Assembly (NCBI GenBank): GCA_023213395.1
Contig: CM041465.1
Location: 84,761,741 to 84,825,740 of the forward strand
DNA length: 64,000 nt
Origin: Cycas panzhihuaensis
Lineage: Eukaryota; Plantae; Cycadophyta
Direction: 5' to 3'
A program made the translations under genes and the position numbers. Positions 14,667-29,821 of this stretch are shown piece after piece (positions within the stretch are counted from its first letter, which is position 1; each line of letters opens with the position of its first letter). The notes below the pieces were generated by a model. The model searched no databases, had not been told where the DNA came from, and saw nothing but the letters and a program-made list of their open reading frames with translations.

Positions 14667-17600
14667 TGGTATCAGAGCAGGTTATCCCACGCTTGAGAGG
14701 GTCCTTTGTGTGTAATAGAGTTTGTTCTGAGAGTGACAAGGAAGCCTACAACACATGAGATAAATTGAAAGTGAAGTGAAGGATCCATCACGTCTAGAAG
14801 TAGACCTAAGGACCACAGGAAGTATCGTATGGTCACTGTATGGACCAGAAAATTCAAACTTCTCAATTCAAGTTAAAATTTGGCAGCAAGTAGATATTGA
14901 CTTCCTCTTCAACTTTTCCTTCTGGATCGAAGTCATTTGAAGAAGTTTTGATAGGGTTTTTGCCCCTTTATCAACCGCATGGGTTTGGAGGTATTTCAGT
15001 AAATTCCTCCCAAAATTTTTGAAATTCCTGAGTCAAACTTATTGTAAACTCAGTATCTGGGTATTACAAAAGTTTTATGATAGACTTTGAGGAATTCTAT
15101 GAAGTAATTTTTAAATTACAAGCAAAAACGTATTGTGCCCTAAGTACATTTTCCAGTCTTTTAGGTCAATTTTCTCCTCATCCATAAACTGTTTTGGAAA
15201 ACTAATATCAGATCCAGGATCCTTGTCTCATAACCTCTCTTTTGAGGTACATATCATACAATTCTGTACAAGTTCAATTCCATACAAAAATCTGTACCGT
15301 GTACAGCCTGCACTCTGACTCTCAGTATCTCAACTGTCAAAATAGCTTCAGGTCTTTTCTCTCTGCCAGAATCAGAAAAATTGACTGATTCAAACTATCA
15401 TGTTTAGAAAATTAAAGTAGAAACTGTCTTAAAAATAAAAAATTCTTGGAATATTAAAATTAGGACTGAGACTTGTCTAAAGGACTTAGATGCTAAGCTG
15501 GCCAATGTGTGCACATTTTGAAAATGTCAATTTCTGACTCAATTCTGATATATGTTGAAAAGCTTAATTTGTCCTCTGACATTTGGAGATGTCTTGAGAA
15601 CTTGTATAGATAGAAAAATAAAGCAAGAATAATTGCTCTCAAGGAAGAAATGTATAGACTGCATATGAAGGAAAATGAAAATGTAACAGATTTTATGCAC
15701 AAGGTTGTTTCAATACGAAATAATTTATCAAGTGTAGGAGGTTTGATTTCTGAACAAGAGCTGGTAGAACTAATAACAGTTAAGCTCCCAAAGTCTTTCG
15801 ATATAACCATCAACACCATTATAAATACTGAAAAAATAAATAAAATAACTCTTGATGAATTGATGGGATTGCTGTTGAGATAGGAACAAAGGAATAAGAG
15901 ATATGAAGACTCCTCAGAATTTGAAGATGCCTTTATGTCCAGATTAAACCTGGGCTCACACAACAGAAACCAAACCCGTGGATGAAGCATAACACCTGAC
16001 TTTAGAGGACGAGGTCAGTGGTAAGACTCTAGGGGACGTGGATGAAGCATAGACCCAAGGATTTGTTTCAATTACGGAAGGACCGGGCACATCTCCAGTG
16101 CATGTAGAATCTTTAACATATGTTACTATTACAGACAAGGTGGACATTACCCTACCAATGCCCTCAGCGAAGAAGTGAGATTTAGAAAGGGAAAAGACAT
16201 GTTGGTGGCTACAGCAAAGAGAAAGCAGATGAAGATGAAGAAGAGGCTGCCTTCATTGTTGCCTTGGCTTCCAACCTCAAAGACAATGACACATGGTATG
16301 TTGATTCAGAAGCTTCAAGACACATGACTAGTCATAAAGATTGGTTTGAGACATTGGAACCCTATAACCTTGATAGATCAGTCGAATTAGGTGATAAATA
16401 TGCTCTTGATATAAAAGGAATTGGAACTAATGCTATCAACTTGCAAGGAAATGTCAAAAAAATTGGAAACATTTTATTGGTTCCTGATTTAAAAATAAAC
16501 CTTCTTTATGTTTCCCAACTTAGTAAAAAGGGATTAAGAACCATCTTTGATGAAGATGGATATTGTTGTATTCTGGACATGAAAAAGAATGGTGAAAATG
16601 TTGCAAGAGGCGTGAGATATAATGACTTATACAAACTTTTGTTGAATCCTATACTTCCCGATCTGGAAGAAAAAGCTTGCACTATCATCAAGTCTAGTAA
16701 TAAAATTTAGCATTTGAAGTATGGCCACCTTCTAATTGAGACATTGAAATTGATGAAAATTTTTGAAATGGTGAATGGATTACCTTGTATCTTTTCTGAT
16801 AACTTTGTTTGTAAAAGCTGTTAGTTTGGGAAACAACACCAACTCCCTTTCAAGGAAAGCACCTGGATAACAGAATCAAGGTTGGAGCTAATTCATACAT
16901 ACCTCTGTGGTCCCATCTCACCACTTACTATTAATGGATGCAGATATTTTTTAACCTTCATTGACGACTTTACTCGAAAGGTATGGGCCTACTTTATCCA
17001 CAACAAATCAGAAGTTTTTGAAATATTTAAAGAGTTCAAAGCCGAAGCAAAAATAGAGGTAGAAGCAAAAATTAAATGTATTTGGTCAAACGGAGGAGGT
17101 GAATATATATCAAAAGAGTTCTAGAACTACTACAGAATTCATGGAATCTGCAGACAGGTTACAACTCCATACACACCACAATCAAACGGTGAAGCAGAAA
17201 GAAACTATAGAACCTTAATGGAAATGGCAAGAAGCATGGTCTATGAAAAAGGTGTACTAAAAAACTACTGGGTGGAAGTAGTGAGTACAACATGTTATCT
17301 CATAAATCGGTGTCCAACAAAGGCCTTAAAAAATATCACTCCAAAAGAAGCTTGGATGGGCAGAAAACCTTATATAAGTTCACTCAAAGTTTTTGGGAGT
17401 CAAGCCTTTGTTTATATACCAGATTAAAAAAGGTCTAAGTTAGATGCAAAAAGCGTAGAATATATTATGATAGGATATAGTAAAAATTCAAAGGCCTACA
17501 AATGCATGGATCCTAGAATCAACAAAATCTATGTGAGTAGAGATGTAGTTTCTAATGAAGGAGATAGTGAATCTGGACAAATTAGAATAATTGATGAAGG

Positions 17601-19441
17601 AGAGAAGATTGCTGAACGGGAAATTACAGAGATTGATAAAGAAATTGAGAAAGAACCTACTCCTGAGGTAACAACAGAGGAAGTTTCAATTTCTCTTCCT
17701 ACATCCAAGCCAAATCAAATAGGAGTGATAATAAATCAACTGGTAGATGAAACTGACAATCCAAAAGAACTTGGTACTGAAGAGGCTACACAAAAACAAA
17801 AGAAGCTGCCCAGACGGTACATTAAAACAATTGAGGAAGGATAAAGTACTGTAATGGAATACAGAACAAGAAGTCAAAAAGCTAGAGCCTTGTTAACTAA
17901 GGTCAAACCTCAGACATTTCAGGAAGCCCAAGAAGAACAAGTATGGAAAACATCCATGGATAATGAAATGGGCTCAATCCAAAGAAATCAGACATGGGAA
18001 TTGGTAGAATTACCAGTCAATACATCTGTAATCAATTGTAAATGGGTCTATAAGACTAAAGAAGGGCTAAATAGCAAAATAGAAAAATATAAGGCTAGAT
18101 TGGTTGCAAAAGGATACACTCAAATAGTCGGAGTAGACTTTAATGAAACTTTCTCTCATATTACCAAAATGAATACAGCAAGAACAGTGATTGCTCTGGA
18201 TGCAACTCAAAACTGGAAAAACTTTCAACTAGATGTAAAGAGTGCCTTCTTGAATGGAGAACTATAAGAAGAGGTCTACATGAAACAACTTAAGGGATAT
18301 GTTAAAGAATGACAGGAGAATCTAATGTGCAAACTAAAAAAGGCACTATATGGGCTTAAACAAGCTCCTTGAGCCCGGTACACCAAACTGGATCATTTTC
18401 TGGAAGAAAACAACATTAAACGTTGTGATTCAGACCCCAGTCTGTACATAAGAAAAAAGGAGGGCAAAGTCACAATAATTGTTGTTTGTGTTGATGATAT
18501 GCTAATCACTGGTAGTGATAACGAAGGCTCTGAAGACATAAAAGAATAACTTCAACAAAAATTTGAGATGACAGACCTAGGTCTTTTGAATTACTACCTG
18601 GGTCTAGAGATAGGACAATAACATAATTGTATAACTCTATCCCAGAGTAAATATATCAAAAGTCTACTTATTAGATTCTAAATGGAAAATTGCAATCCCT
18701 ACGCCACACCCATGGAAACAAATTGTGAATTGATAGCAGATGAAATGGAAAAAGGAGTAAATATCACTCTGTATAGACAAATGATTGGAAGTCTGATCTA
18801 CGTGATAGCAACCATGCTTGACATATCTTACTCAGTTGGACTTGTATCCAGATATATGCAGAATCCAAAATTAAGACACCAGAAGGCCATAAAAAGAATT
18901 CTGAGATATCTTAAGGGTACCATAAATCTGAAATTGGTGTATCCAAAAGGAGGTTTAGCAAAATTGTCAAGATACTGCGACTGATCAAGGTGAGACAAGG
19001 AACAAAGAAAGTCCACTAGTGGATACTATTCCTTTCTAGGTCCTTCAGCAATATCATGGTGTAGCAAGAAGCAAGCCACTGTTGCATTGTCTTCCACTGA
19101 AGTAGAATACAAAGCAGCTACTACAGCAACATGCAAAGGTGTTTGGCTAAGACAACTTCTATTTGATTTAGAACAACAACAGAAAGAAGCAACTCCTCTC
19201 AAATGTGATAATCAGAGCACCATCAAACTAACTAAAAATCCAGTCCTTCATGCAAGAACCAAGCATATAGAAGTTCATCATCATTTTATAAGGGAGAAAG
19301 TACACAACAAAGAAATTTACCTAGAATATTGTCCTTCTTCAGAAAAAGTTACAGATCTTCTGACAAAATCTCTTAGAAAAGAAATATTTTAATATCTAAG
19401 AAACAAACTAGGGTTACTAGAGATAAAACATTAAGAGAGGG

Positions 19442-19658
19442 TGTTAAAATATAATGTTTAATCTAGACAAAGAGGGGTCATGTTGACTCACCCCTTAAAA
19501 TATAACTCCAAATAGGAGTTGTGACACTTGGCAGCCTCATGTAGGTCAGTTACATTTCTATTTGTAATGGTCATCTCAGTGATGTATATTTAAGAGGAAT
19601 GAGACTCCATGTAATATCAAGTTCTGATCTTCATTTTGTCTAAGTCAGTTTTCTATCA
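19442..19658 (+). repeat. 3' LTR of copia A
   Basis: Direct repeat of 14450-14666, preceded by the PPT. Confidence 0.95.
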
Positions 19659-22339
19659 GTGGATATGTTTTGTTCAAATTTACTAACCAAGAGGATATGA
19701 TTAGCACTCTTTTGTAATCCTCTTAGGTCATTGGGAGAAAGCCCTATTTTTGGAAAAATAACATTTGAACTTTGATCTGATGGTGCCAATTATAAAACAA
19801 GCACCAATATGGGTCCAAATACCAAGCTTGCACCAGTAAGTATGGGATTTAAACATCATAAAAGGGGTAGTGAAAGCTATTGGACATCTCCTGGCCATTT
19901 ATTCAACTATTAAGAATAGGAGTAGATTGGTCAATGCTAGATTTTGTGTACTGGTTAGATTTGACAAACCCCTTCTGAATAGTATAAGGATTGAATCTGA
20001 TGAATGGAGTAAAGAGCAACCCTCGATCTATAAAGTAGAAAATAATAGATGTTCTACCTGCAAAAGACTTGGCTACTTACCATAGAAATGCCTAGGGGAA
20101 AGGAAGGATGATATGGAGAGGCAGGACATAGAGGATCTTCAAGCTACTAAAATAAATGATCTAAAAACAACTTAGAACCAAGAGAGACAAGTTTCACCCA
20201 AGAGGAGGCCAAGAAAGAAATGTTTAACCCTAATTTGGAAGATAACGACATACTCCTTAAGGAGGGGGAGGATCTCCAGAAGGGAGAGTGGTTAGTGGAA
20301 GGGGATGATATCCCCTGAGAGGATCAGGAAAGGCTAAAGGAGGAGTTGGACACCTTGAGACAGGAGGCCATAGGGGGTCCTGAGAGGATCTAGAAGGTTA
20401 AAGGGAAGGATCCCCAGGAGGATCAAAGTGGTATTGGCCAACGTAGAAGCCCTCGTATAGGAATTAACAAAAGAGTAGAAAGGCCTACTCTCAAGATGAT
20501 AAAGGAGAGGGAAGTAGCTTCGTAAATAGACCAAGGATTCTAGAGAACTCTAAAGGAGGGAGGTTACAAGGGACCAAGATTAAGGGCTAGAGATGAAGTT
20601 GGAGAGCCCCAGAAAGAAGAAGGATGTGAAAATTGGAGGACTGAGAGAAAGAGATAAAGATTGTCTTCTAAAACATCAGAGGGATAAATGCTCCCTCTAG
20701 ACAGAGTAGTGAAGGACCTTTGAATAAAAATGAAACCAGATATATTATTTTTGTAGGAAACCAAGTTGGTTAAGAAGAACAGAGCAAGAGTAAAAGATAA
20801 GATTTGGAGGAAGGAAGAGATGTTAGCGATGGATGGCCACCCAAGGTCAGGAGGATTGTCAATCTTGTGGAATCTGAAGGAGTGGCATAGAGAGTTTTTT
20901 AGGATGGAAGAGTATTACATTTTCGTATGGGTCATATGTAGGAGGACTAATGCAAGATGATTGGCCACAAATGTCTATGCTCCTACCCAAGTAGAAGGAA
21001 GGAGGATTATTTGGGATAAGATTTTAGAGGAGCATAGAGAGTGAAAAGGACCTTCACTAGTCACATGAGATTTTAACACTGCTCGCTCTTCTGGCGAGAA
21101 AAAAGGAGGCCAAGAAGGGTGGTCAAATACTATGCTAGATTTGGGTAACTTTTTGCAGAAATGGGGCTGATGGATGTCCCCCTCAAAGGGGATAAATATA
21201 CTCAAACAAATAAGAGGATTGGGAATCATCATATACAAGTGAGATTAGACAAAATGTTGATTAATTACGCTTGGGCCAGCTGTCATAATAACATCAAACT
21301 AGAAGCTCTAACAAAGATGATGTCAAAACACACTCCTCTTCTATTTGGCTTCTCTGATACTAAAAAGCATATGGGGTCGCCTTTTAGGTTTGAATTGATA
21401 TTGACAAGACACTTGAGTCTTAGGGATTTGATTGAGGAATGTTGGAAAGTTCTAATAACAAAATGTGCTATGTATAGGTTCTCAAAGAAATTAGATTGGG
21501 TAAAAAGAAGGGTGAAAGAATGGAAGAAAGAGGTCTATGGAAACATTTTTGAAGTTAAGAACCAATTAGACAATGAGTTAAAAGTAGTTAAGGTAAGGAT
21601 CCAAGAGGAAGGCAGGTCCTAAGTGCTAGACTAGATGAAGAGATACCTCATTAAAAATTTAGAGGAAGTCCTGGTTAAGGAGGAGATTCATTGGAGGCAA
21701 AAATCTAGGGCCCTCTGGTTAGCTGAAGGGGATAGAAACATAATTTTTTTTTATATGATAGTTGTGAAATATAAAGTTACTAATAAGATAAGTAAGCTAT
21801 ATAACAAAGAAGGACAAGAAGTTAGTGAAGGGAATGAAATGAAAAACATAGTACTAGATTACTTTAAGGAGCTACTTATTAAGCCAAGATGTCAGGACAA
21901 GGAGGCCAAAAATGAGTTTTTGAATATCATTCCTAACTTAGTATATGAGAAACAGAATATAATACTAATGGGCCCATTCACTAAAGAGGAAGTTAAAATA
22001 GCGGCATTTGGTATGAAGAAGGAGAAAGCACCTGGTTTAGATAGTTTATCCTTAGGATTTTTCAAGAATAATGAGATATAATCAAGGAGGACGTAATGAA
22101 GGAAATGGGAGAGTTTCCTGAGAATCAAAAGTTGTTGAGGGAATGGCAAGCCACTTTCCTCATGTTGATCCCGAAGTAGGAGAGAGCAAGAAGAATGGAG
22201 AACTTTCAACTAATTAGTTTGTGCAATGTGAAATATAAAATTATAACCAAAGTTTTGGCCAACATACTCAAGACGATCCTCCTTGGGATTTTTTCCCCTA
22301 ACTAAGATGGTTTCGTAAAAGGTAGGCAAATCACTAATG

Positions 22340-25300
22340 TGAAAGAGATTAATGCATTAAGGTCATTTGTGTAGATTAATTAAGTGAACTTAGGATATAT
22401 TGTTAGCATTAGTCTCTTAGTGAAATGCACTTTATATGTATTTAGATGTAATTTTAGGTTCATGTTATTAGGCAGAAAAATCATAACCCTAATATTCACC
22501 CTCAATAATAAAAAGTGAAATATCAAGGAGGGAGTTATTATTCATTCTCACCTCTAAGCTTTGCTCTCATATCTTATTTCATCTCTTTTTCATTCTCCAT
22601 TGTCATTATATATATGTGAGTGATTTATTCCCAAAATCCTTCCTTCCTTCATATGGTATCAGAGCTAGAAGGGGGTCTATTCACTCCATTCCACTTACAT
22701 AGAGTTATTTTGTCTCTCCTTCAGTTTCAATGTGAAGTATTGAAAGTGCATTCATCATTTTTTAATTTTTGAGAGCTTAAAATTATATTATTTTGTATGT
22801 TGCTACTTTTTCTATGTGTGCAAAATTTTAGAGTTGAAAAAGATAGTTTTTCAAAGTCGTTTGATTACTAGAATAGTCCCAAAAGTATTAAAGACCTAAA
22901 TTTTTATTTAAAAAATTAACCATCTCATATTTTGATGAAATTTGATATGTAGGGTCACTTTTCTAGGAGGATCATTTTTTTCTTCTGGAGCAACTTCGGA
23001 TTCAGCCTGCAATAAGAAGTTTTGGCTGAAATAAAAGGTTAAAATTTACAGATAAGTAACTTGTGGCACTTTTCTCAGTGAAATCCTTTAAACATGAACT
23101 AAAAATCTGAAATTTGTTTTGAGGGATCTAGTAGATTTATGTATTAGGAGCATTTTGAGATAAATATCATCAAATTTTATTCATCAGTTAGTGAGATATT
23201 TGTAGCTTTCTCATGAATGTTGAATTTACCTACTTAACCCCACAAAAGACATTGTGAGGGCATTTCGGACAGATTTTTAGCTAATTTTGGAGATAGTGTA
23301 GAAGGAAAAGTTGATGTACATGTCAATATGTAGCTTTTGACATATTGAAGTTTAGATTTTGAGACATTGGATATGGTAAGATTCTACTTTTATGCTTTTT
23401 TCAAACAAAAATTTTGTATGCCTTTTTAGAAATTTGACTTTAACATTTTATCAAAAATAATATTTTGAATATTTTTTTCTTTTGTTATAAATTCAAACTC
23501 CATCATTTAGGCCTTCATATTTATAATTTAAAAAAAAAATTGGTCATTTATCATTATTTGTAAATTTTGTAAAAAAATCACAAAATATGATAAAATAGTA
23601 TGTATTTAGATTTAGAAAAATCAATATTTTAGTAGCAAGTTGATCTACATTTTATCCTTTTATGGATTTTATATTAAAATTTTTGAAACCATATTTAAAA
23701 ATATTATACTAAAGCAAGGGAAACCTTGGATCGGAAATAACATTTGGTTTCCCTACTAAATCTAGCATGTTTTTTCTATTTGCACACATAGTATAAAACA
23801 TCACATAAAGAAACAGTAGTAACAAAGCAAGTGTGAAAAGCAAGCAAACATATTTAGTAACTTTTTATTTTAGTTCTCAGTTATTTAGAAATAACTTACA
23901 TTATTCCTAAAAGGAATCTTATCCATACGATTTATACCGTTAGTTCTTGAATTATGCACGCACTCACCTTGGTTGAAATAAAATATGGTTAACTGAAGTC
24001 CAGACCCTAAGGGATATACGAGTTTTATACTAGGTCTGGCCTTAATTAAAATAGTGGTGGAGGGTCAAGTTAGCCATACCTACGACCTCTAATTAGGGAT
24101 AATCCTGATAATCACCCAAGAAAACTGAAAACCTTAATGCAAGATTAAAATTAACCCAGTCTAATATCCGTCATAGCCATGGGATACACACATACCATTT
24201 GACTCATCGGAAGAGGCATATAGCCACTCACCCGTAAACTAGATGAAGACTAGGAGTACTTAGGCTCCATTGTGACTTAGATTTCATCACTAAGCATAGG
24301 TGCGGGTATCATGGGTAAAGGCCTTAATCATATACTAGAAGCCTTAGGCATCGAATCCTCACCTATATTTAGACATAAGTTAGAGGTTAGTGGCATAATA
24401 CATAACCACTCTTTGTCAGCTCTACATTAGATCCCATTCTTACATCATTGCTTCTACTTATTTTTCATGGTTATTGAAAAATACTTAATCATTACTTGCT
24501 TCTCATCATAACATTTATTTCTATATCCCTGTTGTACCAAGTATACTAGTCATATATGTTAGTGGCACATACTTCTATCATCTCTTCTACTTCTTCATTA
24601 TCACCATGTCATCTTAATTCAAACAGAATGTCAACTATATATTGAAAGGCAAAGAAAATTAAGATTTGTGGTACACTATAGTTAAAAATTTTGTAAAGTG
24701 TGAAGGCCTTCGGATAGCCCACTTGTAGCCTACATCCATCATACTTGCAACAACTACAACACCTGCTTCTAGTAGATCCACCTCAACAACTCCTAGAAAT
24801 ACCACAATCAAACTACAATAGGACATAAATGATGAAAAGATTTATGTAGGAATTATGTTGGTTACTGATCACTCCTTGCATAACTTGATTAACAAAGAGC
24901 AACATAATATAGCCTGGAAGGTCCTTGAAATTCTCAAGAAGAATTTGATACCAAGTCAGATTTAGAATTTGTTTATCTTGTTTTGAAAACGAACAAATTA
25001 AAAATGCAGAAGGGATGAGCTTATTAGACAATAAATCTCCTTCAACCAATAAAACAGGAAATTGATAAAAATTTTAAGACACAATGTATCACTTGGTCAT
25101 TCTTAATCCAATCATGTCTACATGTCCTTGATTATAAAAACTTGCTTAGAAGTCTTCAATCTAGTGGAACATTGAAGACACTCAACTTTGAAACACTTGC
25201 CGAGAAGTTTATAGAATTTGACAAGACTTTTGATACCAACTTTATAGCCTCTAACTCTCTTCTAGATGTAGACTTTGAGGTGGAAGAAAAAGCTTGCTAC

Positions 25301-28300
25301 ACAAAAATCAAGGTCCCTCTCATAGTAGAGAAAATAACTGAGTAATAAGAAGAGGAAGAAACATGAGAAATCATCCACAAGGTCAACCAAACCCTCAATC
25401 ATAGCCTCGACAGTCTCAAGGCCAAGGGTCACTTCAACAAAGAGCAAGACAGTCAGGCTAAACCAGTACCTCTTTAGATACTAATAATCAAACTTTTATG
25501 TATAATCAGTGTAACTGTAAAGGACACTTTATAAAATATTGTAGAACTGCCACTTATAAGTTGGCTAAGTTCCAACCAAAACATGGAGCTCACAATGTTG
25601 AAGAAACTTGTAAAGAATCATTTAACAGTGTAGGTTTTGTACAAGTATACTTTTAAAGAATTAGGGGATCTTCAACATCAAATGCCATTGACCAACCATA
25701 GAGATACTTTGAAACTCAATGTGGATATATCACTTGTGAATTCCCTTCACCAATGTCAAGCCCTATTGGAATTGCAAATAGTATGGCTTCAATCTATGGA
25801 CAGTGGATTATGGACACAAGAGTAACTCAACATATGACGTGTAATCACATTCTATATCAAATATTTGACTTAAATGTTCAAAGAGTTATTCACATGGCTG
25901 ATAAATCACAATAACCTATTGAAAGAATTGGTAACATTCGCTTGAAACTCCTAGGCTTAAGAGATTTTACATTGTTTGATGTCCTATACATACCTAATCT
26001 CAAGCAAAACTTGCTTTCCTTATCTACATTTATCTCTTGTGGATTTAATTTGAGTGTAACTACAAATGACCAGACTCTCCAAGTTATTCACCCTCCAACT
26101 GATCGAGTGGTCTTGACTTGACATCTCTCTGGCAAACTCTTTTGATTGAATAACTCTCTATCTTTTGAAGCCTATTGTGCCCAAAGCCCTTGTGCCGATG
26201 AAGAATTTACATTTAACTATATCCTGACCCACCCAACGTTGTCACTAGAAACTCTTTAGCATGCTTGCATGGGCCATGTTCACATCGATAGACTTAGAGA
26301 TCTTTGTAACACTCTTCCAAATCTTCCAAAATTCTCCTCCAATCTCTTCAAATGTAAAAGCTTGTATCATTGCCAAATCTCATCGACAACCTTTTCCTAA
26401 AAGTCAATGAAAATCAAGCCATCTATTACAATTGGTACACTCTAATCTGTGCAGACCAATATCCATTCCTTCATTGTAGGGCAAGTTATATTACATCTCT
26501 TTCATTGATGATTTTGCTAGAAAAGTATGGGTAGCGTTTCTACATAAGAAAGATGAAGCTTTATGTATATTCAAAGAATTCAAAGCCCACACTAAAAAAG
26601 AGTCAGGTTATCAACTTAATGTATGCAAACTAATAATGGTAGTAAATATACCTCACATGAGTTTGAAAGTTACCTTTGAGATAATGGCATCAAACATCAA
26701 ACAACAATAGTAGGTACCCCATAGCAAAATGGAGTTATCGAGTGCATGAATAGGATAATCATGAACATGGATTTAACTATGTTGGTATACAAAAATGTAC
26801 TTACTTACCTATAGGTTGAAGTCATTTGAATAGCTATTTATTGTATCAATGTTGTTAGCCCATCAAATGAAGGACAATCACCTAATGAAAAGTGGTCAAG
26901 ACAAGCCCCCTATTATTCACTACTTCAAAATTTTTGGCTCTACATACTATGCCCATATTCTAGATGTTGATTGAAATAAACTCCAGCGAAGGGTATTTAA
27001 AGGCATATTTATTGGATAGACTATGGATAAGAAAAGGTATAAGGTCTTTATACCTTCATAATAAAAAATCATCATTACTAGAGATGTCGTTTTTGTGGAG
27101 ATAAATGATCAATTGGTTAGACTAGACTCCAATACCCTAACGCCGCTATAATAATATTATTAAGTATGATGTTCAGATTCTAAACTTTTAGGAGGGGACA
27201 GACATAAATTACTCCAAATATTGGAAGATGATAATAGAGCTTTGGAGGATATAAGTTGTGACTCTGAACTGATGAGTGCATATCCAGCACTATCCTTTGA
27301 AGATAGTAGAGTTGATAAAGGCAAAGCCATTATAGAAGAATCATCCTCTCCACCATCAATTGACAAAGGCAAAATAGTGGTAGAACATCTTCCTCAGGTG
27401 CATCAATATCCTCCTCACAAAATGATCATTTTAATGAACAAGATAAGAACCAAGAAGTTGAGGAAATAAGAACCTCATTCCCAACTCGAAGATCTCGTGA
27501 AGCCCGTTAGTTTAATAAAGACATACGATCAGATGAGGTGGGTAAACTAGTACTCAAAGTGCCCATAAAGCAAGGATGTAGGAATCATTATATACTGATA
27601 TTGAACTAGCATAACTACACCTTACTCTTAATGAAGAGCCCCTCTCGTATTAGGAATCCGTAAAACATATAGTCTAGAGAAATGTAATGAACGAAAAATA
27701 CCAATCTCTCATAAAAACTAGTACATGGAAGCTCATTGACCTACCACTTGTCAGAAAAGTAGTTCAAAATAAATGGGTGTTCAAAAACAAATATAGATCA
27801 TATGGCACCTTTGAAAAACACAAGGCAAGATTGGTAGCTAAAGGATTCACACAAAGGGAAAGCATCAACTGCATTGAAGTCTTTACACTTACAACTAAGT
27901 GGCCTATAATTAGAACTCTTATAGCCTTGACTACTCAATAGGGTTAGAAAATCCACCAGTTTGATATTAAGATTATGTTTCTTAATGGGGATCTTAAAGA
28001 AGAAATTTATATGGCTCAGTCAAAAGGATATTAGATCGAAGGTCAAGAGCATAAGGTTTGCAAGCTCAGAAAGTCCTTATATGACCTTAAATAAGCCCAT
28101 CGTGCTTAGTTTGCCATTTTATCTAAAATAATGAGGCAACTTAGATACAAGGTTTGCGACTACCAAGATATTAATGTAATATTATTCATCAAGTGCCAAA
28201 AAGACAAAGTCACTTATCTCATAATCTTTATGGATGACATGCTAATAATGGGTAACAGTGAACAGGCAATAAGCTAGCTGAAAAATGACCTTAGCAAAAT

Positions 28301-29821
28301 ATTCAAATTGTCTGACCTCGATTTGATGAAATATTACTTAGAAATTAAAATAATACAAAAGAATGAAAAATTTTTCCTCTCCCAAGAAAAATATATCAAT
28401 GATCTTCTAACCAAGTTTCAGTTAGAAGATGATCTACCAATGGCTTTACCTATGGACTCTAATACTAAACTCTCAGCTAATGGCAACACTAGGGAGGTAG
28501 ATATAGCATTCTACAGGAAACTTGTAGGTAGTCTCATCTACACTACTAATACAAGGCTAGATATTGTACACTCTATCAACATTCTTATATGATTCATAAC
28601 AAATCCTAAATAGAATCACTAGCAAATTGTATGAATATTAAAATACCTAAAGACAACCAAGAAATTTAGTCTATTGTATAAACCTAATAATGAATTTAAG
28701 CTTTCTGCATACACAGACTTAGACTTTGCAGGAGATAAAGATACAGGAAGATCTATGTCTGGGTATATAACATTTCTTGGAATAGCACCAATATCATGGA
28801 GATTCACATGGCAGAAGATAGTTGTTGATTCAACTATCAACGCTAAATATATTGCTACTTTTGATACCAGCAAGGAGGTGATATGGCTTAGAAAATGATT
28901 GGAAACATTGAATATCACCCAAATAAGTTCTACCAACCTTCGTGTGGATAATCAATCAACAAAACATGGCAAAAACTCTTGTATTTTATGATCATACCAA
29001 ATACATAAGTACAAAAGTCCACAAGATTAGAGAACTTATCTATGATGGTACAATTCAACTAGAATATTATCCCATAGTAGATCAATCGACAGATATCTTC
29101 ACCAAACTACTACAAAAGGTAGAGTTTGAACAGTTCCGAAGGTAGCTCAACCTTAAAGCCTCCATCTTTAACTGATCAAAGAATATGGCAACATAATTAT
29201 CATACTCTATTCTATTCATGAAAACCCCTTCTGGGCATGGAAGAATAAGAGTTGTATTAGTTTTGAAAAATTGGAACCTGTGAAAACCTGAAAGGGTATA
29301 GAGGATGACCAAACGATATATGGAGACTTAGCAAATTAAGCTAAAGAGCCACCTTAACTATTTTGATTTATAAAAGGGGTTATAGATCTTAGAAAGTCTG
29401 TGGGTTTTTATTCCTCATGAGGGTTTTTCCAGAAAAATGTCATTTAGAATTTTAATATAATAATGAGGCTCAAATGAAGACCTCATAGAATAGATTTTTT
29501 CAAAATGACCTTCCACTATTAAAGGGGGGGATGGAAAGAGGTTAATGCATCAAGGTCATTTGTGTAAATTAATTAAGTGACCTTAGGATATATTGTTAGT
29601 ATTATGTGCATTTAGATGTAATTTTATGTTCATCTCATTAGGCGAAAAAATCCTAACCTTAATGCTTATTCTCAATAATTAAATGTGAAATCTCAAGGAG
29701 GAAATCATTATTTATTCCCACCTATAAGTTTTGCTATCATACCTTGTTTCATCTCTTTTTCATTCTCCATTGCTATTGTGTACATATGAGTGATTTATTC
29801 CCTAAATCTATCCTTCCTTCA
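22340..29821 (+). mobile_element. Complete Ty1/copia element (copia B) with about 2-kb non-coding leader, nested in the LINE RT domain
   Basis: LTRs at 22340-22651 and 29532-29821 (about 40 substitutions plus a deletion of about 22 bp). PBS tggtatcagagc at 22654-22665; PPT aaaggggggga at 29521-29531; TSD taatg/tgatg. gag starts about 24606; RT at 27687-27941 (KHKARLVAKGFTQ); RNase H at 28674-29145. Confidence 0.94.

Larger units (their letters stand above)
14450..19658 (+). mobile_element. Complete Ty1/copia LTR retrotransposon (copia A), decayed gag-pol, nested in LINE ORF1
   Basis: 217-bp LTRs at 14450-14666 and 19442-19658 (TG...CA, about 13 substitutions). tRNA-iMet PBS tggtatcagagc at 14667-14678; PPT ttaagagaggg before 19442; TSD gggga/gtgga. 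ORF pieces: protease WYVDSEASRHMT, integrase (16882-17844), RT (17854-18984), RNase H (19087-19392). Confidence 0.96.
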
